Positions 46,323 through 55,125 of a stretch of DNA of 64,000 nucleotides are shown in pieces. Location of the stretch: the NCBI GenBank assembly GCA_041740975.1, contig JBGSKV010000088.1, positions 33,734-97,733 on the forward strand, in the 5' to 3' direction. Position 1 is the first letter of the stretch, and every line of letters starts with the position of its first letter. The notes below the pieces were generated by a model that saw nothing but the letters and a program-made list of their open reading frames with translations, was not told the DNA's origin and searched no databases. The stretch is from Oligoflexales bacterium. GTDB taxonomy: Bacteria; Bdellovibrionota_B; Oligoflexia; Oligoflexales; JALZUQ01. Position numbers and translations under genes: made by a program.

Positions 46323-47237
46323 TTATTTTTGCACGCGCCGAAGGCGATAGTTATCGCCCTGGAAATCAATCTTGTCGCACGCTTCCCAGAGGCGAGAGTA
46401 TATTCGCGATCCGACTCGATTTTCCAATGCACCGAAATGGTTTGGATCAAACTTGCCGACGGGCTGCCCACCCTGACGTTCCAAGTCGATATTAAAAACA
46501 CTTTGCGTAACGCTTTCCTGGACGCCATCTAACTTGTAATTTGTCGATGCGACGATTGGTTTGCCTTGGTTGTATCGACCATTCACCAACTGATCAAGAA
46601 TGGTTTGTTCCCAATCGAGGTTCCGGCCCTTGCCAAGCTCGTCAATAATAAGAACCTCTGTGCGTATCAAAGGTTCGATGAGTTCTTTATCAGCCTTACC
46701 ATCAGTGTACCCAGCTTTGAGCTCTGTGAGTAACTGAAAGAAATCTACAAACCGTACGGCAATTCCACGTTGTATCAATTCGATAGCCATCGACACCAAG
46801 AGATATGTCTTTCCAATGCCTACGGCTCCCGAAATCAATAGTCCCCTATTCTTTTCAGAGTCGTACTCGTTCGTCCAGCCCTGAACTGCTTTGAGAACCT
46901 GCCGTCCACTACCCGTAAAATTACTAAACCCCCCAAAACTTGCCCAAGCGTATCGCGCCGGAAGCTGAGCATCATTAAATAAAGCCGCCACTTTTAGGGG
47001 TGAAAGATCTCGACACGACTTAACGAATCCGTTTTTATTTTGTTTGCCTGTGCCGTAACACTTTTTGCAATTTGAAATACAGGTACATATCGTGGCATGA
47101 GCAAAAGCGCCTTTAATACCAACAGAGAAACCTCGCCCCATGCATATTTTACATTGAACTTCTAAACCACAAACGACATTGCCGCCTTTGGCAGGCATTT
47201 GCTTGGTAAGTTCTAATTTGAGATTTCGAGTTTCCAA
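46323..47237 (-). CDS. DnaC/DnaI/IstB-like ATPase with N-terminal Zn finger
   Basis: CKICMGRG, CTC, CKKCYGTG; GAVGIGKT; VLIIDELG; RYN, STN, SRIYSRL. Confidence 0.88.
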   Translation of the reverse strand: METRNLKLELTKQMPAKGGNVVCGLEVQCKICMGRGFSVGIKGAFAHATICTCISNCKKCYGTGKQNKNGFVKSCRDLSPLKVAALFNDAQLPARYAWASFGGFSNFTGSGRQVLKAVQGWTNEYDSEKNRGLLISGAVGIGKTYLLVSMAIELIQRGIAVRFVDFFQLLTELKAGYTDGKADKELIEPLIRTEVLIIDELGKGRNLDWEQTILDQLVNGRYNQGKPIVASTNYKLDGVQESVTQSVFNIDLERQGGQPVGKFDPNHFGALENRVGSRIYSRLWEACDKIDFQGDNYRLRRVQK

Positions 47238-47302
47238 AACGTTTACGTTCTCTTTTCTTCTGACTATGAATATTGGTTATGGTTAGTATTTTATTTATAG
47301 CT

Positions 47303-48079
47303 CTACTTCAGGATATAACCCACTTTGAGATTGAAAATGCCAAATTCATAGGCTTTATTAAAGTTGTTTTTTATCGAATCGCGGCTAAGTGATCCAGGGT
47401 CATGCATATCGAGTTTGGTCACAAAGCTGCGCAAGACCCCGACCAATTTGTAGTCAATGAATACGCCATTCTCCCAGATATAACTGAGGCCAACGCCAGT
47501 CGCCATTACGATGCCATGCGCATCAAAGCCACTGCGAATAATCGAAACCGTTGGCGTACTTCCGAGTGTGACGGGACCTTGTGGAGAAATGTTGCCGTCC
47601 CACATGCAAAAGCTTAAAGACGCATCCCAATAAAACGGCACAATATCCCAAAAATACCAACGCCCAGACACGCCCAATACTTTTTGATCGGCATCGATAC
47701 TATATTTCAATGTTTTTGACGTTCCATTGAATTCCGAATCTCCTACGCCATTAAAATAAGTGAACCAAATATTGGGCTGCCAAATGTAAAGTGCTTCCAA
47801 ATAGTATTCAAGCCAAGGCAAGCCCGACCCCAACCCCAATGCAAAACCATAATTAAAGTCTTCGCGCATACTAACTTGGGTCGAATCAAGATCAGAATCA
47901 TTTTCCAAAGACAGCGCATTCTGCTCAACGCTCTCAGGTTCTTGTTGTGAATCATGATCATCTAAATCTTGATACGAGTCTTGCATACCCAAATCACTAA
48001 TCCCCGGATATTGTGCGAACGCAGGCGATGCAAAGATTGCAATCGTAGCTATCCAAAAATTTAACAGGCGTGCATGCAA
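47303..48079 (-). CDS. Predicted outer-membrane beta-barrel protein
   Basis: Signal peptide, acidic linker, amphipathic strands, ends FNLKVGYILK. Confidence 0.65.
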   Translation of the reverse strand: MHARLLNFWIATIAIFASPAFAQYPGISDLGMQDSYQDLDDHDSQQEPESVEQNALSLENDSDLDSTQVSMREDFNYGFALGLGSGLPWLEYYLEALYIWQPNIWFTYFNGVGDSEFNGTSKTLKYSIDADQKVLGVSGRWYFWDIVPFYWDASLSFCMWDGNISPQGPVTLGSTPTVSIIRSGFDAHGIVMATGVGLSYIWENGVFIDYKLVGVLRSFVTKLDMHDPGSLSRDSIKNNFNKAYEFGIFNLKVGYILK

Positions 48080-48166
48080 AATGGACTCACCAACTTTCTG
48101 AGGTATTGGATTTTGTAGCTTTTCTGACGAGATTATGCAAGATTTGTCACATCTTCAGGAGACAAA

Positions 48167-48793
48167 ATGGCGAAATTATATTTTCGATATGGAAATGTTG
48201 GCAGTGCAAAAACACTTAATTTGCTCTCCGTCGCGCATACCTATCGAAGCCAACATCGGCAAGTCTACTTGGTCAAACCTGCGCTCGATGATCGCTTTGG
48301 CGAAAACTGCATAAAATCTCGCGCAGGTCTCGAAGCCCCTGCTGATTTGTTGATTCTACCTGATAGCAAAATCGATACCCAACTCTTAAAAAATATCTCC
48401 TGTATTTTAGTGGATGAAGCGCAATTTTTAAGTCGTAATGTCATTGATCAATTACGCCTCATAACACTTGAGTTGGATATTCCTGCGATTTGTTACGGAC
48501 TGAGAACCAACTTCCAAAGTGAGCTGTTTGAAGGTTCAAAACGACTTTTAGAAGTGGCGGACTGTATTGAAGAAGTGAAAACAACATGTAGCTACTGTAA
48601 TCGTAAAGGGGTCTTTAATTTAAAGCTCGTCGACGGGAAGCCAACCATGGATGGGCCCATCATCGATCTGGGTACAGAAGAAAAGTATGTCCCGACCTGT
48701 GCCCACTGCTACCATGCCAAAACCAGCCTCCTCCCCCATCTGAAGTCATCTATAAGTAAGAAAGAGAAGCTAGAAACAAGCCTAAGCGCCTAA
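48167..48793 (+). CDS. tdk: Thymidine kinase
   Basis: AKLYFRYG..GSAKT, SRAG, LVDEAQFL, CYGLRTNF, CxxC motifs. Confidence 0.96.
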   Translation: MAKLYFRYGNVGSAKTLNLLSVAHTYRSQHRQVYLVKPALDDRFGENCIKSRAGLEAPADLLILPDSKIDTQLLKNISCILVDEAQFLSRNVIDQLRLITLELDIPAICYGLRTNFQSELFEGSKRLLEVADCIEEVKTTCSYCNRKGVFNLKLVDGKPTMDGPIIDLGTEEKYVPTCAHCYHAKTSLLPHLKSSISKKEKLETSLSA

Positions 48794-48939
48794 AACACCG
48801 TCCGAGCCCCCAAAGCCCTACAAACTACCTCTAGCATCTCTTAATCATATTATTCCTATGATATCGATGCGTTAAAATGACATATCAATAAGGCAATCTA
48901 TTGTAATAATTGCTATTTTATAATATTTTTAATAGAAGC

Positions 48940-48968
48940 TTGACTTATTCTATAGATTTGATTAATAT
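48940..48968 (+). promoter_or_regulatory. Sigma70-like promoter
   Basis: TTGACT-N17-TAATAT upstream of the 49029 gene. Confidence 0.45.
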
Positions 48969-49028
48969 CTGAACACCAAAGTAAACAATCTTGTTTAATC
49001 GTTAACCAGGTATAAAAGGAGTCCTCAC

Positions 49029-49784
49029 ATGAAGATTACTAATTGGGCAAAGACTTGTTCATTTGTAACAGTCATGGCTGTGAGTTTAGTTGCTTGCGGC
49101 TCAAAGTCAGAAAACGAATCTGCTGAAAGTAAAGAGTATGGCATTCAAGAGATGTCTGCTGAAGAAGCACTCGCCGCTGGCGTCACAGGCGTCATGGTCA
49201 TGGTTCATACCGATGACGACGGCAAGCCGATTTCTCGCGAAGTTCGCAAGCTACCTAAAGGTGTTAAAGTTGGCTCACTTTCCGAAGCAGAAGCCGAAGC
49301 CGTTTTCGCAAACGCTGAAACTGTAAACGAAGATACTTCTGCAGACAGTTTTTACAACGTTGGTTGTGGTGGCAGTATCAGCAATACAACAGTGATCAGC
49401 ACAACTTCTTTCAACAACGGTTGTAACAACAACTGGGGTGGAAACTTCAACACAGCTTGGCCCGGAGTAAGCAGCAACAGCTTTTCATCGTTCCAACAAA
49501 CAACATCCATGACTTCTTCTTCTAACAGTTTCGGTACTGGTCCCATTTTCGGCTGCTCTAGCTTCTCTTGCCAAAACAATGCAGTCGCTGCTTGGCCTGG
49601 ATTCTGGCAAAACGGTTACGCAACTCCAGTTCGTAACGCACTTTTCGGCCCAGGATTCTACAGAACTCCAGTTCGTAACTTCTTATTCGGTTACCGTCCT
49701 CCTTTCGTAAGAGCTTGGGGCGGTGGAAATCGTCACATGTTCGGCTTCCCTACTTGCGGTAGCAACTGGAATGGCTGCTGGTAA
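49029..49784 (+). CDS. Lipoprotein with low-complexity Asn/Ser/Gly/aromatic C-terminal half
   Basis: AAGGAG RBS, LVAC lipobox; repeated TPVRNxLFG. Confidence 0.75.
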   Translation: MKITNWAKTCSFVTVMAVSLVACGSKSENESAESKEYGIQEMSAEEALAAGVTGVMVMVHTDDDGKPISREVRKLPKGVKVGSLSEAEAEAVFANAETVNEDTSADSFYNVGCGGSISNTTVISTTSFNNGCNNNWGGNFNTAWPGVSSNSFSSFQQTTSMTSSSNSFGTGPIFGCSSFSCQNNAVAAWPGFWQNGYATPVRNALFGPGFYRTPVRNFLFGYRPPFVRAWGGGNRHMFGFPTCGSNWNGCW

Positions 49785-49831
49785 TATCGAAGGTACTTTA
49801 AAGTTTCTCAAATGAGCACTAAGCCCGCTCT

Positions 49832-49864
49832 AAAAGGAAGGTCGAAAGACCTTCCTTTTTTTTT
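49832..49864 (+). terminator. Rho-independent terminator, probably bidirectional
   Basis: AAAAGGAAGGTC-GAAA-GACCTTCCTTTTTTTT. Confidence 0.9.
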
Positions 49865-49892
49865 GAATTTGACTCCGCCTGAGCGGCGTCTA

Positions 49893-50396
49893 TCAATTTG
49901 AAGTACGTCGAAGTTGAAAGACTCTCTCGACAGTATGTTCGTCACCAAACATCGGAGTTTGTCGGCTTGCATACCGATAAACGACATCGCCAGCGTCATT
50001 TTTCATAAAGGCGCGGGACTCAAATATGATGTCGCCATTGACAAGACTAACGGAACGGGTCCACCGGGCTATGACTCCGGATGGGCGATCAATTTTGACT
50101 TCTTCTCGGCCAAGTTCATCTTCGTAGAATCTCTCGTACAAGGGATACCCAATGGAGTTACCTTGCGCGTCTATTTCATAAATATAAATAATCCCGTTTT
50201 CACCGTCCGGTCGGACACCCACACCAGCGACCAGACAATTGTTGGTGGGAGCGTGATCATAGATGCAACGCGAAGTTTCCGTGACATCGTACTCACCCAA
50301 ATAAACCTGGAATGGATTTTCGGCTGCCAATGTCTTAGAGGTTGTAAGAGTACTCACCGACAAAACCGACAATAAAAATACGAATATAGTTTTCAT
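49893..50396 (-). CDS. Hypothetical secreted protein
   Basis: Signal peptide, Cys pair, beta-rich. Confidence 0.65.
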   Translation of the reverse strand: MKTIFVFLLSVLSVSTLTTSKTLAAENPFQVYLGEYDVTETSRCIYDHAPTNNCLVAGVGVRPDGENGIIYIYEIDAQGNSIGYPLYERFYEDELGREEVKIDRPSGVIARWTRSVSLVNGDIIFESRAFMKNDAGDVVYRYASRQTPMFGDEHTVERVFQLRRTSN

Positions 50397-50404
50397 AACA
50401 TGCC

Positions 50405-51226
50405 CTACTTTTTGAGTTCATCCCGGATTAAATCCAAAGTCTTGTCGTCCGCGCTGCCTAGCAATTTTGTTAGATCTTCCAATGAGAAAAGCTTACTGGT
50501 GTCACCAGAAGGTAACTGGCCACCCATTTTCGCATAAAGCGCCATCAGAGAGGCCATATTGATGTTATCGACTTTGATGAGTCCCTGAAGTTCCGTTAGC
50601 CCCTGGCTCAACGCAGTTTTGATTTTATTCATATCATCGCCAGCGTACTTCGGCTTATGCTTCAAAATAATCGTTTCTGTACTCGTCACTAACGCATCGA
50701 CTTGGCTGTCCCCTTGCATAAAAATTTTCAGATTATCGTCTAAAAAATCGATTAGGTCCAAGGCCATCGCTTTTTCCGGCTTATCTGTAGGGATTTTTGT
50801 GGCGATCAAAACTCTGGCCATGGCGCTCACAAAACCAACTGAGTCCGCGGCCTCCTCAACATTTCTCTTCCTAAATGCGAGCTCAACAATTTTTTTGCCG
50901 TCTTTTTCGCACACAACTTTTTGTTCAACTTCTGCCGTGCCGTTGAGCTTGCAGTCATCTGCCATTTTAAATCCGGCCGGAGCGGTAAAGCATTCACGCA
51001 GTTTAAAACCGCGCGGAGAACATATGAGGCATTCTTTCGCGTCTATTGTCTCCGTCGTGCAGTGTGAAGGTAGTGCTAATAGATTGGTTTCAGGAATCTC
51101 GTCGACGATATTCGGAACTACAGAATCTTCTGCTGTCAGTCCTTGGGTTTTACTTCTTTCGTCAATAGTAGGTTTTTTACAAGCGACGAAGGACACTAAA
51201 ACCATCAAACTCATTAAGTAACGCAT
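50405..51226 (-). CDS. Hypothetical lipoprotein
   Basis: FVAC lipobox, Cys-rich N-terminal part, helical C-terminal part; AAGGAG RBS. Confidence 0.7.
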   Translation of the reverse strand: MRYLMSLMVLVSFVACKKPTIDERSKTQGLTAEDSVVPNIVDEIPETNLLALPSHCTTETIDAKECLICSPRGFKLRECFTAPAGFKMADDCKLNGTAEVEQKVVCEKDGKKIVELAFRKRNVEEAADSVGFVSAMARVLIATKIPTDKPEKAMALDLIDFLDDNLKIFMQGDSQVDALVTSTETIILKHKPKYAGDDMNKIKTALSQGLTELQGLIKVDNINMASLMALYAKMGGQLPSGDTSKLFSLEDLTKLLGSADDKTLDLIRDELKK

Positions 51227-51248
51227 CCCTGTCACTCCTTATGAAAAT

Positions 51249-54200
51249 CTAGCCGCGATCTCCAAGCGCTGCGCGTTTGGCAGCATCTTTTAGAAGTTTG
51301 GGTTGTCGCGCATTTTTTAGCTGTGTTTCTTCCAAATTCTGCATGAAGCTCTCACTTGGATTCTTAAAAAATTCGACAGAGCGTGATGGCTCTGAGCCTC
51401 CGAATATACCACTGCGTTGCATAGGTAAATAAAGATTGGCTTTGACACCGGCAGTCAATGCGAACTCGTTAATATAAGTCTCACCAGATTTATTTAAGTT
51501 TGTTGCTGAGAAGGCATCGTCACTATAGGCACCCGATGAACCAATGATTCCACCGCGCGGCAGGTCAACCATGACGTTTTTCAATTCATTTGAAAAATTG
51601 AGCTGCCATTCGCGATTAGCTAAGACTTCGACGTCGAATGGATCGACAAAATCGATGTACTTTTTCTTGTCGATGATCGTCCGACCAAAGTCGGTCCAAA
51701 GTGGCAAGGCACCAGTACCACCATAGACGCGGATACGACCGTTGACCATTCGATCGTTCAAATCAAAACCGACATAAGCCGAAATAGCATAACTATCACG
51801 TGGATCGAGTTTGGCCCCTTTCTGCGTTGGATAAGGAATAAATCCTGCGAATGAGGCTGTCGTAAAATCGTTGGTTGAACCCGTTTTACCGAAAGCAGGT
51901 ACGCGTATAGGAAAATCTTTGCCGTTCTTTTTGGCGCTAACATAAAGTTCGCTTTTGGCGCGACTACCAGTACCGTGCGTTACGATGCGACGCAATATCT
52001 CACGATTGACCTGTATAATGTCATCGGAAACTAAGCGGAAGCTTTGACGCTTCGGTTCGTAGACCGTATTACCTTCAGCGTCGTCTATTCTTTTGATAAA
52101 AGTAATTTGATTTGATGGGCCTTCTTTATAGAAGCGATACAATTCACCAGTCGCAAAAGTCTGATAAATCTTTGCGACTTCAGCCAAAGATACATCGTTT
52201 GTTCCTAGCGGAAACGAAAGTATCGGTTCCAGCGGCGATTCAACTCCCATAGCCCGGGACATATGAGTCATGTAATTTAAGCCAAGAGCGATGCGAAAAT
52301 CGTGATGACGAAAGAGGCGATTTAAGCCGTGCGCGTCATACGTTTCGTTTACTTCCTGTTTCAAAGAGGCGAATTCTTCGGTTAAATTCTTATATTCTTT
52401 TAGTGAAAGGTAGCCATCGAGGATGACATCCTCGACATCAATGTTGGTCGACTGACCGAAAATTCCTGAGCGTCCCCAAATCGCTTTCAAATCGCGAGGA
52501 TTTAGGGCGCGACCTGGCGTGGGTAATCCGGCAAATTTCTTGCTTGTCAGTTTCTGTTTAGGAGCGTTTTTTGAATTGCGCATCGCCTCTTCACTTAACG
52601 TTTCCTCTTCATCGAAAACAGGGAAGAAACCTAAACGAGGTTTTCCACCGGCTCCGGCGAGAACGCGGAAATTCTTAAGCATGCTCGCATAAGCCGAGTT
52701 CCGGAAGGCATCTTGTGGCTTCATATCTTCTAATTCATCAGCCAGCTTATCCCAGTCCTGGACTAGTCGATCACCCACACGTTGCAAACGTTGATAGTTG
52801 TTCTTGAGCAAATGGATGCGACGGCCGAGCTCGACTGGCGAATGATCATCTTCGTTGCCATGAATTTTGACGAGTTCGTTGGCATAACCTCGACCCCACC
52901 ACATTTTACTGACTTCGTCGGCCGTTTCAATACGACCTTCGAACATGAGGTTTGCGGCAATATTTTGCTGAGCCTTGGCAAACTGATGACGATCAATGCC
53001 TTCTTGGTTAATCTCGACTCCTAAGGCTTGAGCAAGTCGAAAATGGTACTGCGCTGCGCTTTCATCCGCACGCGGCGCGAGTCCCATATAGTCCAACAGC
53101 TGACGGAACTGATCAAAATTCAATTTATCGAGGAGATGCGCAGCAAGATACACCGACGCTAAGTTTTCAGAGAGCACGCCTGCCCAAATGATCGAAACAT
53201 CGGGATAGACGCTCGAATGCTCGGGTCGTGGATAGTAAAACTGATCTTGATACGTAAAAACTTGCCGGTGGTTTTCCAGGCGATCGAGTATCGACCAACC
53301 CAACTGTAATGCAGCAAAATAAACGACTGGCTTAAAGACGGAACCCGGCGGACGCTTGGCTTCCAAAGCGCGATTAAAGCCAAGGGTATCAAAACCCGTG
53401 ACCACCGAGCGAACTTCCCCTTTATCAAGGGCAATCATGCCGCCGCCAATCACCGGATGTTTACGCATTTCAAGAGTCGCGAGATTTGTTTCTTTGTCGT
53501 AACTCACGACTTCCGTGTAGAGAATATCGCCGGGTTTAACCGCAGCCAAAATCTCCTTCAAATGAAATTCAAAGCCTTTGCCGGACGCCAGATCCAGTAA
53601 CATGGCCATTCGCTTAAGAGCTTCATACGGAATAATACCCTGCGGATATCCCAAATCCATTTCAATGGTCGGTTCCTTGCCAGGATTTATCTTTTTGATC
53701 TTTGCATGGTAAAAACTACCAATATCGAGCGATCGTAGTTTTTGAAATGCAGCTTCTTCTTCCGGTTTGAAACCTTTCAAAATAATTTCTAGACGAGAAA
53801 GATTTTGACGCATTTTTTGCTGGGCTTCAGCTTGAAGCTCACAGTCAATTGTCGAGTAAATCTTGAGACCTGCACTGTCGAGTTCGGCGATATCGTCTAC
53901 ACCCAAGGTTTCGAGAATTTCTTTGCGATTGAGATCATCGCGAACCATGTTGACGATGGAAACTTCTTGTATACGGAACTTGCCGCGATTAAAGGGGATT
54001 TGAGCTTTCAGACCTTCCTTCAACTCTTGATCCGAAATCCAACCTTGCTCGTGCATGCGTTCAAGCACATAGTTTTTACGCGCAAACGCTTCATCACGCG
54101 CGACCTTACGTTCTTCTTCCGTGAACTTTATATAAGGATTGTATTTACTAGGTCCCTTTACAGAACCCGCAATAAAAGCCGATTCTACCAAATCCAAGTC

Positions 54201-54797
54201 ACTGACGTTCTTGCTAAAATAATACTGGGCCGCAATTCCGATACCTTTGCCGTTACCCGCAACATGGAATTGGTTCAAATAAAACTCAAGGATTTGTGGC
54301 TTGTCGTAAAGTCTCTCCAACTGAATGGCCGCAATCCACTCGCGAAATTTCCTGGTGAAAGAACGCTCCCAGGAATCCAAAATATTCTTCACCGTTTGTT
54401 GGGTAATCGTCGAGCCACCGCGGCGAAAGCCACCGGCGGCAACACCTTCGGCAAATGCACTGGCAATGGCCGTCGGATCAATACCCATGTGATTGTAAAA
54501 GTTTTTATCTTCCGCTGCGACCATTGCATTGAGCATATGCTGCGGCATTTCGGAAATCGGAACATAGCGACGTCGCGAATCTGCAAAGAAACTTCCGAGG
54601 AGCGTTTCTTCGTCATGGCAATAAATGGAAGTCTCTTGATTGATACGAGCAAGGATAGTCGTGCGTTTAAGCTTTGAGTCATCGCCTAGATAAACTTCAA
54701 ATAAGACAACGCCGACTAGGAGCACAGCACCGCACAAACCCGCAACTGCAGTCCATCCACCCCAACGCAATAGGTCGCGTTTCGAAAGCTTTCGCAT
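51249..54797 (-). CDS. Class A penicillin-binding protein (transglycosylase-transpeptidase), 1182 aa
   Basis: AAEDKNFY.H.G, GGSTITQQTVKN, RK..E, ILEFYLN; SVFK, SEN and KTG motifs. Confidence 0.92.
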   Translation of the reverse strand: MRKLSKRDLLRWGGWTAVAGLCGAVLLVGVVLFEVYLGDDSKLKRTTILARINQETSIYCHDEETLLGSFFADSRRRYVPISEMPQHMLNAMVAAEDKNFYNHMGIDPTAIASAFAEGVAAGGFRRGGSTITQQTVKNILDSWERSFTRKFREWIAAIQLERLYDKPQILEFYLNQFHVAGNGKGIGIAAQYYFSKNVSDLDLVESAFIAGSVKGPSKYNPYIKFTEEERKVARDEAFARKNYVLERMHEQGWISDQELKEGLKAQIPFNRGKFRIQEVSIVNMVRDDLNRKEILETLGVDDIAELDSAGLKIYSTIDCELQAEAQQKMRQNLSRLEIILKGFKPEEEAAFQKLRSLDIGSFYHAKIKKINPGKEPTIEMDLGYPQGIIPYEALKRMAMLLDLASGKGFEFHLKEILAAVKPGDILYTEVVSYDKETNLATLEMRKHPVIGGGMIALDKGEVRSVVTGFDTLGFNRALEAKRPPGSVFKPVVYFAALQLGWSILDRLENHRQVFTYQDQFYYPRPEHSSVYPDVSIIWAGVLSENLASVYLAAHLLDKLNFDQFRQLLDYMGLAPRADESAAQYHFRLAQALGVEINQEGIDRHQFAKAQQNIAANLMFEGRIETADEVSKMWWGRGYANELVKIHGNEDDHSPVELGRRIHLLKNNYQRLQRVGDRLVQDWDKLADELEDMKPQDAFRNSAYASMLKNFRVLAGAGGKPRLGFFPVFDEEETLSEEAMRNSKNAPKQKLTSKKFAGLPTPGRALNPRDLKAIWGRSGIFGQSTNIDVEDVILDGYLSLKEYKNLTEEFASLKQEVNETYDAHGLNRLFRHHDFRIALGLNYMTHMSRAMGVESPLEPILSFPLGTNDVSLAEVAKIYQTFATGELYRFYKEGPSNQITFIKRIDDAEGNTVYEPKRQSFRLVSDDIIQVNREILRRIVTHGTGSRAKSELYVSAKKNGKDFPIRVPAFGKTGSTNDFTTASFAGFIPYPTQKGAKLDPRDSYAISAYVGFDLNDRMVNGRIRVYGGTGALPLWTDFGRTIIDKKKYIDFVDPFDVEVLANREWQLNFSNELKNVMVDLPRGGIIGSSGAYSDDAFSATNLNKSGETYINEFALTAGVKANLYLPMQRSGIFGGSEPSRSVEFFKNPSESFMQNLEETQLKNARQPKLLKDAAKRAALGDRG

Positions 54798-55125
54798 GCA
54801 AAATCCCTTATAAAAACACTAGGTATTATCATCCCCTATTCCCCTTACCAAAACAAAGTATAAGTTTTCGGCCTGCCCAAAAGATGGTCACGCCAGGGAA
54901 AGATGGCGGCAAACCCTGACCCGGAAATCACTTTGGCAAAAATCACATTTTATTATCCTGCTTTTCCAATGAGAGGTGGATGAGGTTCACGCTTTGGCAA
55001 AGCACCTTTCTTGTTCACTGGCACTACAGAAAACGTCTTATTCGAAGCCTAAAAAGAGCCACTGGCCAAATCGAACCTCGCTGCTATACTTCCCCAAACC
55101 AGAGAATTGAGGAGCCACGCCCCCT

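Noticed and set aside
8011-48951. Shared 13-mer CTTGACTTATTCT at 8011 and 48939
   Set aside because: Mostly a -35 hexamer plus AT-rich bases; two copies are too few to call a motif.
52270-53130. PBP insertion as an intein
   Set aside because: No N-terminal C/S block, no terminal HN-[CST], no LAGLIDADG motif seen.
53805-54677. Long antisense ORFs (290 aa here, also 50619-51221 and others)
   Set aside because: Shadow frames opposite well-supported genes.
54886-54921. GGTCACGCCAGGGAAAGATGGCGGCAAACCCTGACC, superficially like a c-di-GMP-I riboswitch
   Set aside because: Lacks the GCAAACC-stem-GNRA-stem-GACGCAAAGC arrangement and the second hairpin; only a small possible stem or pseudoknot.
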